Below are positions 53,187-64,000 of a DNA stretch of 64,000 nucleotides, piece by piece. A program made the position numbers and the translations under genes. A model generated the notes under the pieces. The model did not search any database. It saw only the letters and a list, made by a program, of their open reading frames with translations, and was not told the DNA's origin. Each line of letters opens with the position of its first letter. Positions within the stretch are counted from its first letter, which is position 1. The stretch comes from Octopus vulgaris (lineage: Eukaryota), in contig OX597816.1 of NCBI GenBank assembly GCA_951406725.2, positions 170,748,001-170,812,000 of the forward strand, read 5' to 3'.

Positions 53187-53197
<11 letters not shown>
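53017..53197. repeat. Near-perfect 84-bp hairpin (13-nt spacer) in a (TA)n-flanked module (52938-53197)
   Basis: ..AATTCGAGACAAAACCACTATTTTAAAACCAAACAAGAAAAGACTTAATCAATACAT.. and its reverse complement, one mismatch. Confidence 0.9.
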
Positions 53198-53232
<35 letters not shown>

Positions 53233-54993
53233 GGAAGGTGTTTGTATGTGTGTATGTATATATATGTATGTTTTACATATGTTCTGTGTTATCTGCATTA
53301 AGAAAAACCTTCCTGTTTGATGGCTTTTGTGAGTGCGTCAGGGTGTTACATTTACTACGTGTATGTAACCGATTGAGATAGAGTAAGACTTGTGCCGGTA
53401 GGTATTCATTTACTATACTCTATTTATCTTCCTGTTTCTTTTCATCTCGAATGTTTGTATGTATAGAATATTGTCAAACCCCGTTTATGCTTGGTTACTG
53501 TTTGTGACATGCATGTCACTTATCTATGGTCAACTGTTTTCACTGGCAGATGTACGGCTTTAGTCACTATTTAATTCATTATGCAAGATGAAATTCCCCT
53601 TTCTACTTAGCATAAACCAGTAATATATACTCACTATAAACGCATTCGTATCATCAGCCCTCCAGGAACATAAGGTCATACGGAACTGTAATTGTCAGAA
53701 TCTGGTTTCAGAATGTACCATTCATTTTATTGATATTGTAACATTGACTGTTCACATTCATAAAAATCTGGTTCTTTATTTTAATTGTAAGACCAACCTG
53801 GTAAACCATAACTTCCCTTTCGATTCCTCCATTAACTTCAATTTTCTTCAAATTTAATTGCCTACCCTGGCAACATTTCAACAAACAAGCCAGCGAATAT
53901 CCTCTTTTAGGTTACTCGACCAACAAGATATTGTAGCCTCAATCTTTCTCAAATCCCACCGAACCATCTTTAAAAAGGATTGCTACATAGTGCATTTAGA
54001 AGTATGCTATCTAAAAACTAAAATTATAACGGACGATATCATTGCTGAAATGTCTTGAACGATGTGCACACTCAATCAGGGGTGGCTTGTGACTAAACAA
54101 AATCAGTTCAACTAAACACAGTCTTCCATGAAAAGTTCCGATTCAGCTATTATTTCCAATCTTTCATTTGGAAAATGTTTTAGCATTCACATGTTTTCTT
54201 AACAAACGTTAATTAAAATCCATCCATTTGTTTATTTGTCTAATCATGCATGAAAAATGTCCAAGTTTTTGTATCAATTGGCCATGTGCATATCAGCATC
54301 GCCGATTTTCTTCCTCTGGTATTGCATTATGAAAAATACCCAATGGATTTGTCACGCCGTACGTTAAAAGTCGCCAAAGACTTTCATCAGAAACAATATC
54401 TTTTCAACAATGTTTGAGAATGATGTACTATAATTTTTCATAAGTTATTTACTGCATTTTCTTTAGCGGAAAATATTATTCACACAGAAACGAAATTGAT
54501 ATATCAAAGTGATAAAATACTTCATGTAAAATTCTTTCTCCTACATAAAAATTATTGTCAAAATCACTTGACGCATCTCCATTAGTTTTTTAAGATAAAT
54601 TTTATATATTTCAAAACTTCCCAATTTAACTAACATTTGTGAACTTTGCTTTGTTATTGGCAGAGCGAGAAGAAATTTTGGAGAAACCAAATGTTTATGT
54701 TGTTTACGCGAATATGCATTGTTTCCAATTAATAGCAATCAGTAAGGCGGCGAGTAGGCAGAATCGGGCAAAATGCTTCGCGGTATTTCGTCTGTCTTTA
54801 CGATCTGAGGTCCACTTTGCCTTCCGTCATTTCGGAGACGATACTAATAAACTGACCTGCCAACTTTTCTTATTCCAGATTGAGGAGACGGCTTTAATTG
54901 CAATTTAAACACACTCTTCTAAATACTCCTTGTCACTACTTTGTAGAATGCAGTCGGGACGTGAAGACAATTTCAAAACTTGCTATAGTATAA

Positions 54994-55080
54994 CAGAATA
55001 TAGAAAATATATTGAATATAGAAAATATAGAATAATAGAATATAGAAAATATATTGAATATAGAAAATATCGAATAATAT
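54994..55080. repeat. Short tandem repeat of GAATATAGAAAATAT-type units
   Basis: Direct reading; gives YFLYSI repeats in the minus ORF. Confidence 0.8.
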
Positions 55081-55249
55081 AAACCAGGGCAAAACACACT
55101 ACAGAAATGTGTGAAATGCCCCAGACTGCTAATAGACTAACTTGTATGACCCGAGAATCTATTTTGCGCTTGTTCAAGAGGCAATGCAAAGTAAGCACAC
55201 CGGGTAGCTAATGATGATCCCCTTTTCTACACAAAGGTTATATCTATAG

Positions 55250-55665
55250 TCACCAAGTCCCCTTTGACTAGACGGTCAACAGAGAGAAGTTTGCGAAAGT
55301 TTTGAGGGATCTCAGGAAGAAATTTCTAGGCAAACGACCAGAACACTTACATCAGTACAATGCACCAGTTCACAACTTCATCCAGCTACTTGATAAAAAC
55401 GAGCATCAAGACTGTCACTCAGTCTTACTACAGTCCCAACGCCTGCTCTCTGTGATGTTTGGCTATTCCCATAAACTGAAGAAGATGAAGGAGACTGTGA
55501 CAAGGAGCTTAGATACTTTCCCTTTCGAGAACAATCATGTGACCTTCACGAAGTGTCTGGAGCAGTATAGCATGTGCATTGAGATGATGAGAGTTCTGAA
55601 CTACTTTTGAAATTAATAAATCTCTCAGTTGAAAATGTCTCAAAACTTCTGGATTGTAATCCGTA
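55250..55665 (+). mobile_element. Highly degraded mariner C-terminal fragment
   Basis: LRDLRKKFLGKRPE..HQYNAPVH resembles mariner LRRLR..KRPE..HHDNAPAH; ends with an EYF*-like terminus. Confidence 0.5.
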
Positions 55666-57598
55666 TTTTATATTTTTATTTCCCAAAACTAATTTTTGAG
55701 AGGTTATTATAGTTTTAAAGAAATTACATAAATAATTTTATTAAAAATTATTATTAGAGCGGTGGTATTTCTTCCAGGTGCTAAGGTCAACCTTTCCTTT
55801 CATCCTTTCGGGATAGATGTCTACCAACCCTATTAGCAGTCAAGTAATATGGTCGATACAACCGATTGCACTCCTCCACTAAATCTCAGGTTTTGTACGA
55901 TGTAAAAAAAATTGTATGGTTATTATTAATGCTGTCAGATTAACAAAGTTTGGTGGTTTGATTTAATTTGTGCCACATTCTCATATCAAGCACTTGATAT
56001 GTTTTATTTTACTATAAAATCTTCTCGAAAGCTGGTTTTCCAGAAGTTATTGTTAAAGAAACATATACAAAAGATTGTGAACAATACAATTATAGAGAAA
56101 ATACTGTAAACAATAGATATCATTTGCCTAAGTCAAATATATATTAGCTGGAATATCATTATTAGCGTAGCCTAGAAAGATTCTTATAAACCAAGGTTTC
56201 CTTTTATTGGAATTTTCGTTGCGTCCAGATCAACACGGATTAAGCAGACCTTAAGTGAAAGGTGTTCCAGTCACCATCATTCTGTCTTTTTAATGAAGTG
56301 TATTTTGCGTGCAATATCTAACAAGCACCCTGTTCATTAAGGGAACACAATGAGATTTGAGGGAGATCTGGCTGCTCTTTCTAGTAATTCATGCAATCAC
56401 GTAGAAGCTTCTTCATATATTCTGCATTTAGTATATGCTGTTGAGATTAGTTATATTTTATCTGCAACATGGCTGTAATATAAGAAATCTTTAGATATCT
56501 GTGAGAACACGATGGTCATATATAGTTATTAAATATCTTAAGTGAAACATGCAGATGAAGACCACAATACCAGCCAACTCCCCTTATTAATTCTTCTTGA
56601 CTATCATGAGAATTATACTTTCTTATAAAGAAGTCGATGAAACAAATCGATTAAATGCAAATACAGCTTAACTAACACCTTGTTAGCTCAATAATTCTGA
56701 GAAAGATTGAGTTCATTCTGTTTAAAATTTAATCGATATATAAATCAATCAAAGCTCGTGAATAAAGATTGATTTTGTTGTTTCTCTATCTAGTTAAACA
56801 TACATTTTTTTCGTGTCAAAGTTGAAGCTTGACATGACCAAAATGAATATGATAAGAAAACTAAGTCTTTCTTCTACAATGAATCTTCTTTTTACTAAAC
56901 GTTCAGATTTTATGAGACAATAAATTTTTTCATATCTAGTGATAAGTGAACAAACTGTTTTGATGATAACAAATAACATGATAAATGTAGTTAAATATTT
57001 ATCAAAACGATTTAAGGATTGCAAGCTGAGCATAAAATAAGTCTATGGGAGAATAATTTAGAAATATGGGAAATATGTCATAATACAATTCCAATAAATT
57101 AAAATAACGACGAACAAAATTTGAAGTTTTAGCAGTTAAAGCAATAGACGCCAACTTTCTTTGTAAATAACAGAATGTGTTATGAATTTATATTTTTTAA
57201 TTGATAAAGAAATAATACTTTTAGTTTCTTCCCAGAATCTCCAAATGAGAACGTTCATTTCCCGTAAAATTTCTAAGATGCCCCAATAGTAAGAATAATA
57301 AGCAAAATTCTAAGAAATAAGTCATCTTTAAACGTAATCCCCTCATGGCGGTGGGTTTGCAAAAGCGTTAGAATAGGTTAAATCTGGTTATTTAAATTTT
57401 AGTTCAAATACCACTGAGATCGAAGAAAGATTGCAGCAGTTACATATTTGGGTAGTTGATATTGACTAAGACCCTGATTCTCAAAATTACTGGGCTTGTA
57501 CCTAAATTGGAATATTATTAATACTCGCTGGAGTTGTGCATAGACAGAAACAATAAAGCGTTTCGCTGTCTCTTCGTTCTAAATTAAATCCTACCAAA

Positions 57599-58017
57599 GG
57601 CGCATGAGTGGCTGTGTGGTAAGTAGCTTGCTGACCAACCACATGGTTCCGGGTTCAGTCCCACTGCGTGACATCTTGGACAAGTGTCTTCTGCTATAGC
57701 CCCGGGCCGACCAATGCCTTGTGAGTGGATTTGGTAGACGGAAACTGAAAGAAGCCTGTCGTATATATGTATATATATAAATGTATGTGTATATGTTTGT
57801 ATGTCTGTGTTTGTCCCCCTAGCATTGCTTGACAACCGATGCTGGTGTGTTTACGTCCCCGTCACTTAGCGGTTCGGCAAAAGATACCGATAGAATAAGT
57901 ACTGGGCTTACAAAGAATAAGTCCCGGGGTCGATTTGCTCGACTAATGGCGGTGCTCCAGCATGGCCGCAGTCAAAATGACTGAAACAAGTAAAAGAGTA
58001 AAAGAGTAAAGAGTAAA
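57599..58017 (+). mobile_element. SINE family B
   Basis: Full-length copy with (AAAGAGTA)n tail. Confidence 0.9.
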
Positions 58018-58423
58018 GTCAATTTGAACCCTTTAATGATAAAGAAAATAAAAATACTAGACAAATACCGGGGTCCATTCAAGTGATAATGTCCTCTCTT
58101 TATAAGCCTTCACAGATTCTCATAAACACAAAAGCATAGAGATAATCAGCTCAGTCCCCTTATATAACTATTAATTTATATGATTCTTGAGAAATAACAG
58201 ACAAAGCCGAACCATCAGTACTGGAACTCCCAACGTAAAGAGATGCAATAACGATAAACAACTACAAATCCGAATTCTGGAGCGAGTACCAATAAACAAA
58301 ACATCCATTACATAAGATGGCATCAGTTTTCACAGATGTATAAAAACAAACATAAAAGTAACCAAGTATACATAAGATATGAGAAATCATATCATAAATG
58401 TAAATGTGTATGTACGTGTGTTT

Positions 58424-58490
<67 letters not shown>

Positions 58491-59071
58491 CGTATGTATG
58501 CTTAAATGACATAAAATTACAACTTATACTGTCGAAAGAAATACTCAGCCGATTTATATTTTATATCAATGAAAAACGTACAATATGATTTGCAATATAA
58601 TACAAGACTCTCTGATATTCAAATGAAATTTTAAAAAAACAAAATCATTGCTTATTTGATTAAAAGGTTTGGTATATGTTCAAAACAATTTTATACTTTT
58701 TAATATTGGTGTGCTTAAAATATTAAGATGTATTTTCATAAGTTTTAGTTAATAGATCTTCCAGAATTTATGCAAGTGTAGTCATATCATTATGTCCCAT
58801 AAAAAAATAACTTTGAACAAGCGAGATATTATTCTTTCACTCTGTAAACATTTTCGCAAAATAGATTACAGATTTCGAAAGAAAGAAATTACATAATAGG
58901 CAATTAATAGATATATAAATATAATACAAACTTTGAGATATGGATACATAGCGACGTAATTGAGGCAATGGACGAAATATAATTGTTGTTGAGCACGCAC
59001 AGAAAGAATAGGTTGCAGACAGTCGTTTAAACTTTCATTGCTTCAGCGTTTTTTGCAAAATTATGTATAGA

Positions 59072-59260
59072 CTAGCTTAAGGTGACCCGCTCTACGCGCG
59101 GGTGAGGGTGTGGTTGTTACTTTCTGTTGCTTCATTTCTGTTTCTTATCGCCACATTCTCCCTCTTTGTTTCTGACGTAGCAAAACGTGCACACAATTTT
59201 TTACCCAAATCCTCTTTTATATATATATAGATAGCAGAGAAACCCGGTCTTGCTCGGGAT
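59072..59260 (-). mobile_element. Short Helitron-like element (59072-59231) abutting a second Helitron 3'-end remnant
   Basis: Minus strand TCTATATATAT..ACCCGC-GCGTAGA-GCGGGT hairpin..CTAG|T; adjacent TAGCAG..CCCGGTCTTGCTCGGG resembles the other Helitron terminus. Confidence 0.6.
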
Positions 59261-59277
59261 TAAAATAGTTTATCATT

Positions 59278-59400
59278 CTCTCTTTACTCTTTTACTTGTT
59301 TCAGTCATTTGACTGCGGCCATGCTGGAGCATCGCCTTTAGTCGAGCAAATCGACCCCGGGACTTATTCTTTGTAAGCCCAGTACTTATTCTATCGGTCT
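59278..59400 (-). mobile_element. 3' tail of SINE family B fused to a tRNA-Glu sequence
   Basis: Near-identical to the last ~120 nt of 57599-58017 (AGACCGATAGAATAAG..CAAGTAAAAGAGTAAAG). Confidence 0.85.
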
Positions 59401-59414
59401 GGAATAGATAAGCG

Positions 59415-59486
59415 TTTCCATGCCGGGAATCGAACCCGGGCCGCCTGGGTGAATGCCAGGAATTCTAACCACTAGACCCCATTGTT
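59415..59486 (-). pseudogene. tRNA-Glu(TTC) pseudogene
   Basis: Minus strand GGTCTAGTGGTTAGAATTCCTGGCATTCACCCAGGCGGCCCGGGTTCGATTCCCGGCATGGAAA matches eukaryotic tRNA-Glu; anticodon stem CCTGG/CCAGG and T-arm intact; 5' acceptor strand unpaired and U33 replaced by A. Confidence 0.85.
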
Positions 59487-60180
59487 TTATTTGTTTCGGT
59501 ATTATAACTCGATTTCATTCGAGTCTACGCAGTCCACACTTTGAAGATGAGAAATTTTGCCCTAGAGACCCCACCTTTCAATTGAGCAAACTCAAAGTTG
59601 CTATGCAAACTCGCCAGGATTTTAACATAGATGTGCAAATTTTCAACTGAATCCTACCATATTTACTAACACTTTTGCCTGTATAACTGCTTGTGAGACA
59701 ATGTCTGCTCTTTTCAAAAATATGTAGAAGACCTACAGAGATACCTAACCTTACTTGGGATTAAAATGGCATAGTTTTTCATTGTTTTGATTTTAACCCT
59801 TCACTGTAAATAACGTGCCAGATCTTAAAGGAAGATAATCTAATGAAAGACTCGTTCACTAAATTATTTATGACAGCAGGCGAGTGGTTTAAAGCAATAT
59901 TTATTTACTCAGTCATTTTATACTTTGTCTCCAAACGGTTGCTAATTATTGACATCAAAATTTATAGCAATATGTAAATAATAAGGTTTGCATCAACAGC
60001 AAACTGAGTTGTAAATCTTTAAGTAGCTTAAACAGATACTTTATGAAACTACCTAAACAATGGATTTACACAACATGTTATAAACCACATGAAACAAACA
60101 GAATGGTTTGAAAACACAAATCTGCGCGTAAATTAAATGAAAGAAAAAGGACACCCAGCAGGAAAAGAACTCATATTTCA

Positions 60181-60592
60181 TACTCTCTTTACTCTCTTTT
60201 ACTTGTTTCAGTCATTTGACTGTGGCCATGCTGCAGCACCGAGCAAATCGATCCCAGGACTTATTCTTTGTAAGCCTAGTACTTATTCTATCGGTCTCTC
60301 TTCTCTTACGAACCGTTAAGTTACGGGGACATAAACATACCAGCATCGGTTGTCAAGCGATGTTGGGGGGACAAACACAGACACAAAAACACATACACAT
60401 ACATAGATATCTACATATATATACATATATACGACGGGCTTCTTTCAGTTTCCGTCTACCAAATCCACTCACAAGGCTTTGGTCGGCCCGAGGCTATAGC
60501 AGAAGACACTTGCCCAAGGTGCCACGCAGTGGGACTGAAACCGGAACCATTTGGATGGAAAGCAAGCTGCTTACCACACAGCCACTCCTGCG
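60181..60592 (-). mobile_element. SINE family B
   Basis: Reverse complement full-length copy; source of ORF 60216-60656. Confidence 0.88.
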
Positions 60593-60852
60593 TCTACGTC
60601 AACACAATCTTTTTAACATTATACCACTGGTCTCTAATTATATGCACATCAACTAGCTGCAAATAACCCCAAAAAGTTGGCTTGTATATTCAGAGGATTA
60701 CTGGAATATTTGTAAGTACATGAGGTAAATCCCGCTCGACCGTTTCTGTTTACATTCACTTTGTATTTCATTTATCTTTGTAACATTGCTAAGTATATAA
60801 CCACTCCGTGATTACACATGTATGTGTAATATATATGTGAATATATATGTGC

Positions 60853-60931
60853 ATATATATTCCTACATGTATCTCTCTCTTTCTCTCTCTCTCTCACTCT
60901 CTCTCCCTCTCCCTCTCTCCCTCTCTCTCTC

Positions 60932-60970
<39 letters not shown>

Positions 60971-61064
60971 TCCTACATGTATCTCTCTCTTTCTCTCTTT
61001 CTCTCTCTCTCTATATATATATATTCCTACATGTATCTCCCTCTCTCTCCCTCTTCCTCTCTCC

Positions 61065-61102
<38 letters not shown>

Positions 61103-61126
61103 CTACATGTATCTCGCTCTTTCTCA

Positions 61127-61173
<47 letters not shown>

Positions 61174-61202
61174 GATATATATATATATATATATATATAT
61201 AT
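60853..61202. repeat. Higher-order repeat: 4 units of TTCCTACATGTATCTC-(CT)n-(AT)n
   Basis: Anchor TTCCTACATGTATCTC recurs at ~60860, 60970, 61024 and 61100 with variable microsatellite lengths. Confidence 0.9.
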
Positions 61203-61459
61203 TTCATATTTTTATTTTCCTAAAGTTTTCATTGCCTCTTGCAACCTTTTACTGGTGAGTGTATTAAGTTATAAGCCTCAAAAAAAGACTCTCCCCAGAC
61301 ACAACAGAATATGCTTCAACATACGAACTCACATAGAGAATCTTGCAAACCAAATCCAAAATCGAAAGATATATATATTTACATGCGTTTATATGTGCGA
61401 ACACATATATTGATTGTAAATACATACCTACATGTACATTAATGCAGACATATAATGTG

Positions 61460-61532
<73 letters not shown>

Positions 61533-61932
61533 GTGTATGTATGTATGTATGTATGTATGTATGTATGTATGTATGTATGTATATAATACAGGAAAACTGA
61601 GAATGTGTGTGTGTCTGTCTATCCATGTGCATCACTAAAACTCGAGAACTATCCAACTGATTTCATTCAAATTTTACACATGCCTTAATTAGGGTCCTCG
61701 CAGTGGCAAACGCAAAAATAATTTTCAACATCTTGCCTAATGCGAGCCCGGAACAAACTCTTATCTCTTACACTATATCAGTATTACGTGTCAAGAGTGA
61801 AACAATAACATCTCTATTGTAATGTGATATAATACTTTCACTTTTAATAGTTTCACTATTAATACTGAATCTATTAAAAGTGAAACTCTTTGCATATATA
61901 GTGCATTCATATATATATATATATATTTATAT

Positions 61933-61991
<59 letters not shown>

Positions 61992-61994
61992 GTG

Positions 61995-62195
61995 TGTGTG
62001 TGTGTGTTTGTACCCCCACCATTGCTTGTCCCCGTAATGGCTATGTCCCCGTAACTTAGCCATTTGTCAAAACACACCGATAGAATAAGTACTAGGCTTA
62101 CAAAGAGTTAATTCTATGGTCGATTTCTCCGACTAAAAGCGGTGCTCCAGCATGGCCACACTCACGTGACCGAAACAGTTAAAACAATAAAAAAA
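61995..62195 (+). mobile_element. 3' half of SINE family B (diverged)
   Basis: CCGATAGAATAAGTACTAGGCTTACAAAG..CGACTAAAAGCGGTGCTCCAGCATGGCC. Confidence 0.7.
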
Positions 62196-63542
62196 CAATT
62201 GCATTTTAATCCGAAGCACGCCGTTAATCTCTGTTAGTGTATATATGTTTACTGGAATCTAGTGAAAAATATGATCCGCCGATTTATTAATTTCTCCACT
62301 ACGAAATTAAATCGGGAAAATAATACACGAACAATTAACAGCGGAGCTGAAATATAAATAATGTTCTCAAAGCAAAAACACAAACACACACTTACTCACA
62401 CACACACACACACACACTCACGTGTATGCTCACATACACATGCACGTACACATATACATATATGCACTCACTCTCTCAAAAACAGTCTTTGAAGTCTTAT
62501 TACATTTGCGTATGACAATTGAAAATTTAATTCTGTGATAAAAAGAATAAAAGTCTTCGTCGAAGGCCAATCATTGATAAACTTGTTTCAAAATCAGTTT
62601 CTACATAAGAATAATGAGGAATAACGTAAGTGTATAATCGATATTGTTATTTTGTGGTCTATTCTCCCATTCCTATCACCGAATCCTTTGAAAATCAAAA
62701 GATTAGAAAGCATTCAACCATGAATGAAGCAATTTTTTAAGCAAGTCTTTCATCTGTTTGGAATTTGTTCATACCAAAAAAAGATTTGCTTTCTGAATTG
62801 CATCTTTTATCGGGATTCAATTTCTATGACGATTTGTCTGGTGGTAAGATATCGAAGGAATCGATGTGAGATTTTGGTTCTGAATATATAGCTGTAATAA
62901 ATCTCATCAATAATAAAACTGTATCATATTGATTCCTAACATAATTGTGAGCCCAAAAGTCAAACTGATTTTCATACGCTTTTGCAATTTCTATTTTCTG
63001 AAGAATTACAAATGTTTTAGCTGTCGTTGTTACTTACTTTTGGATTTACATAACAACCGCAACTCTCTTTTTAGATTTCCATTTAAAACAGCGTCTTCAG
63101 TCTTTTTTAAGAATTGACATTAAAAGGATTTGGGGAAACTGCAGTAAAATAAGATTGTCATATCTAGAAATATACGCTGTACCATTTTTACACATACAAC
63201 GGTCCAAATAAGGCATTACACTTAAAATAGCAAGCTTTTAAAGTCAGGATGACCAAAAATCTTATGATACAAAATATTTCAATTTATTTCCTATTATACC
63301 AAGTTCAAGTTTTCGTTCATAACTTTAAGTCGGTTAAGGTTTACTTTGCTGTTTATCCGCCGTGGTCATTAAAAGTAACAGCTTAATATCATTTTAATGC
63401 AATATTATATATGCGTACAGCGCCTGGATTTGTAACGAAATTATAATCAAATTAGTTCTCGTGTGAAAGTATTTATGGTCAATGCAATTATTTTGCCAAG
63501 GACTTGCTGTACAGGGGCAGAAATGATAGCATATTGGTGAGA

Positions 63543-63863
63543 GGAGAGCACTCCGTCGGTTACAACGACGTGGGTCCCAGCTGATAGGATCAACAGAACA
63601 GCTTGCTCATGAAATCAACGTGCAAGTGACTGAGCAATCCACAGAGACGTGTACCCCTAACGTAGTTCTCAGGGAGATTCAGCGTGACACAGTGTGACAT
63701 GGCTGGCCCTTTGAAATACAGGTACTACTCGTTTATGCCAGCTGAGTGGACTGGAGCAACGTGAAATAAAGTGTCTTGCTCAAGGACGCAACGCGCCGCT
63801 GGGAATTGAACTCACGACCTTACAATCGTGAGCCGAATGCCCTAACCACTAAACCACGCACCT
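63543..63863 (-). mobile_element. SINE sharing family A tail type 2 but with a different head and CORE-like block
   Basis: AGCACTCCGTCGGTTAC..GGCCCTTTGAAATACAGGTAC shared with family A; 5' part on minus strand has TGCGTCCTTGAGCAAGACACTTT and a tRNA-like head. Confidence 0.75.
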
Positions 63864-64000
63864 TCACAATGATATATTGATTGTTCTATAAAGATACTTC
63901 TATTTAATCAGTGGACCTGCAAAAGTGTCAGTGTAAATTCTCTCAAATTGCATTCTTTAGGAAAAGGCATAATAGCTAATGTAACCGTCATACGTATCTG

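Noticed and set aside
54355-54394. Minus-strand CTGATGA followed by hairpin AAGTC-TTTGGC-GACTT
   Set aside because: No GAAA after the stem and no closing stem I; not a hammerhead.
23125-60656. Recurrent ORFs such as MVVIPAVLFHHNFLS.., MSSNARGTNTD.. and MLGGQTQT..
   Set aside because: They lie wholly within SINE copies; recurrence reflects the repeat, not a gene family.

Overview
AT-rich, microsatellite-saturated eukaryotic DNA. The repeat content (tRNA-headed CORE-type and Meta-type SINEs, long (TA)n/(TACA)n/(TAGA)n tracts) is most consistent with an octopus/coleoid cephalopod genome; this is inferred, not database-checked. Only one host coding exon is recognisable: the N-terminal exon of a TMTC4-like O-mannosyltransferase on the minus strand (24673-24977), so much of the window is probably its introns and upstream region. 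The rest is mobile DNA: three SINE families, RTE-type and R4/NeSL-type LINE relics, three mariner relics, a hAT MITE and non-autonomous Helitrons (one as a head-to-tail trimer). The main signal missed by the ORF track is a set of 11 minimal type I hammerhead-ribozyme motifs (some degenerate) from about five unrelated sequence families. They lie in short modules mostly wedged between microsatellites, and several are back-to-back ribozyme pairs inside near-perfect palindromes. This resembles Penelope-like-element pLTR/retrozyme remnants; five motifs cluster at 612-2136. Also notable are a tRNA-Glu/SINE-tail chimera, a LINE-SINE-LINE chimera and a filled/empty-site paralog pair. Nearly all ORFs in the track are repeat artefacts.
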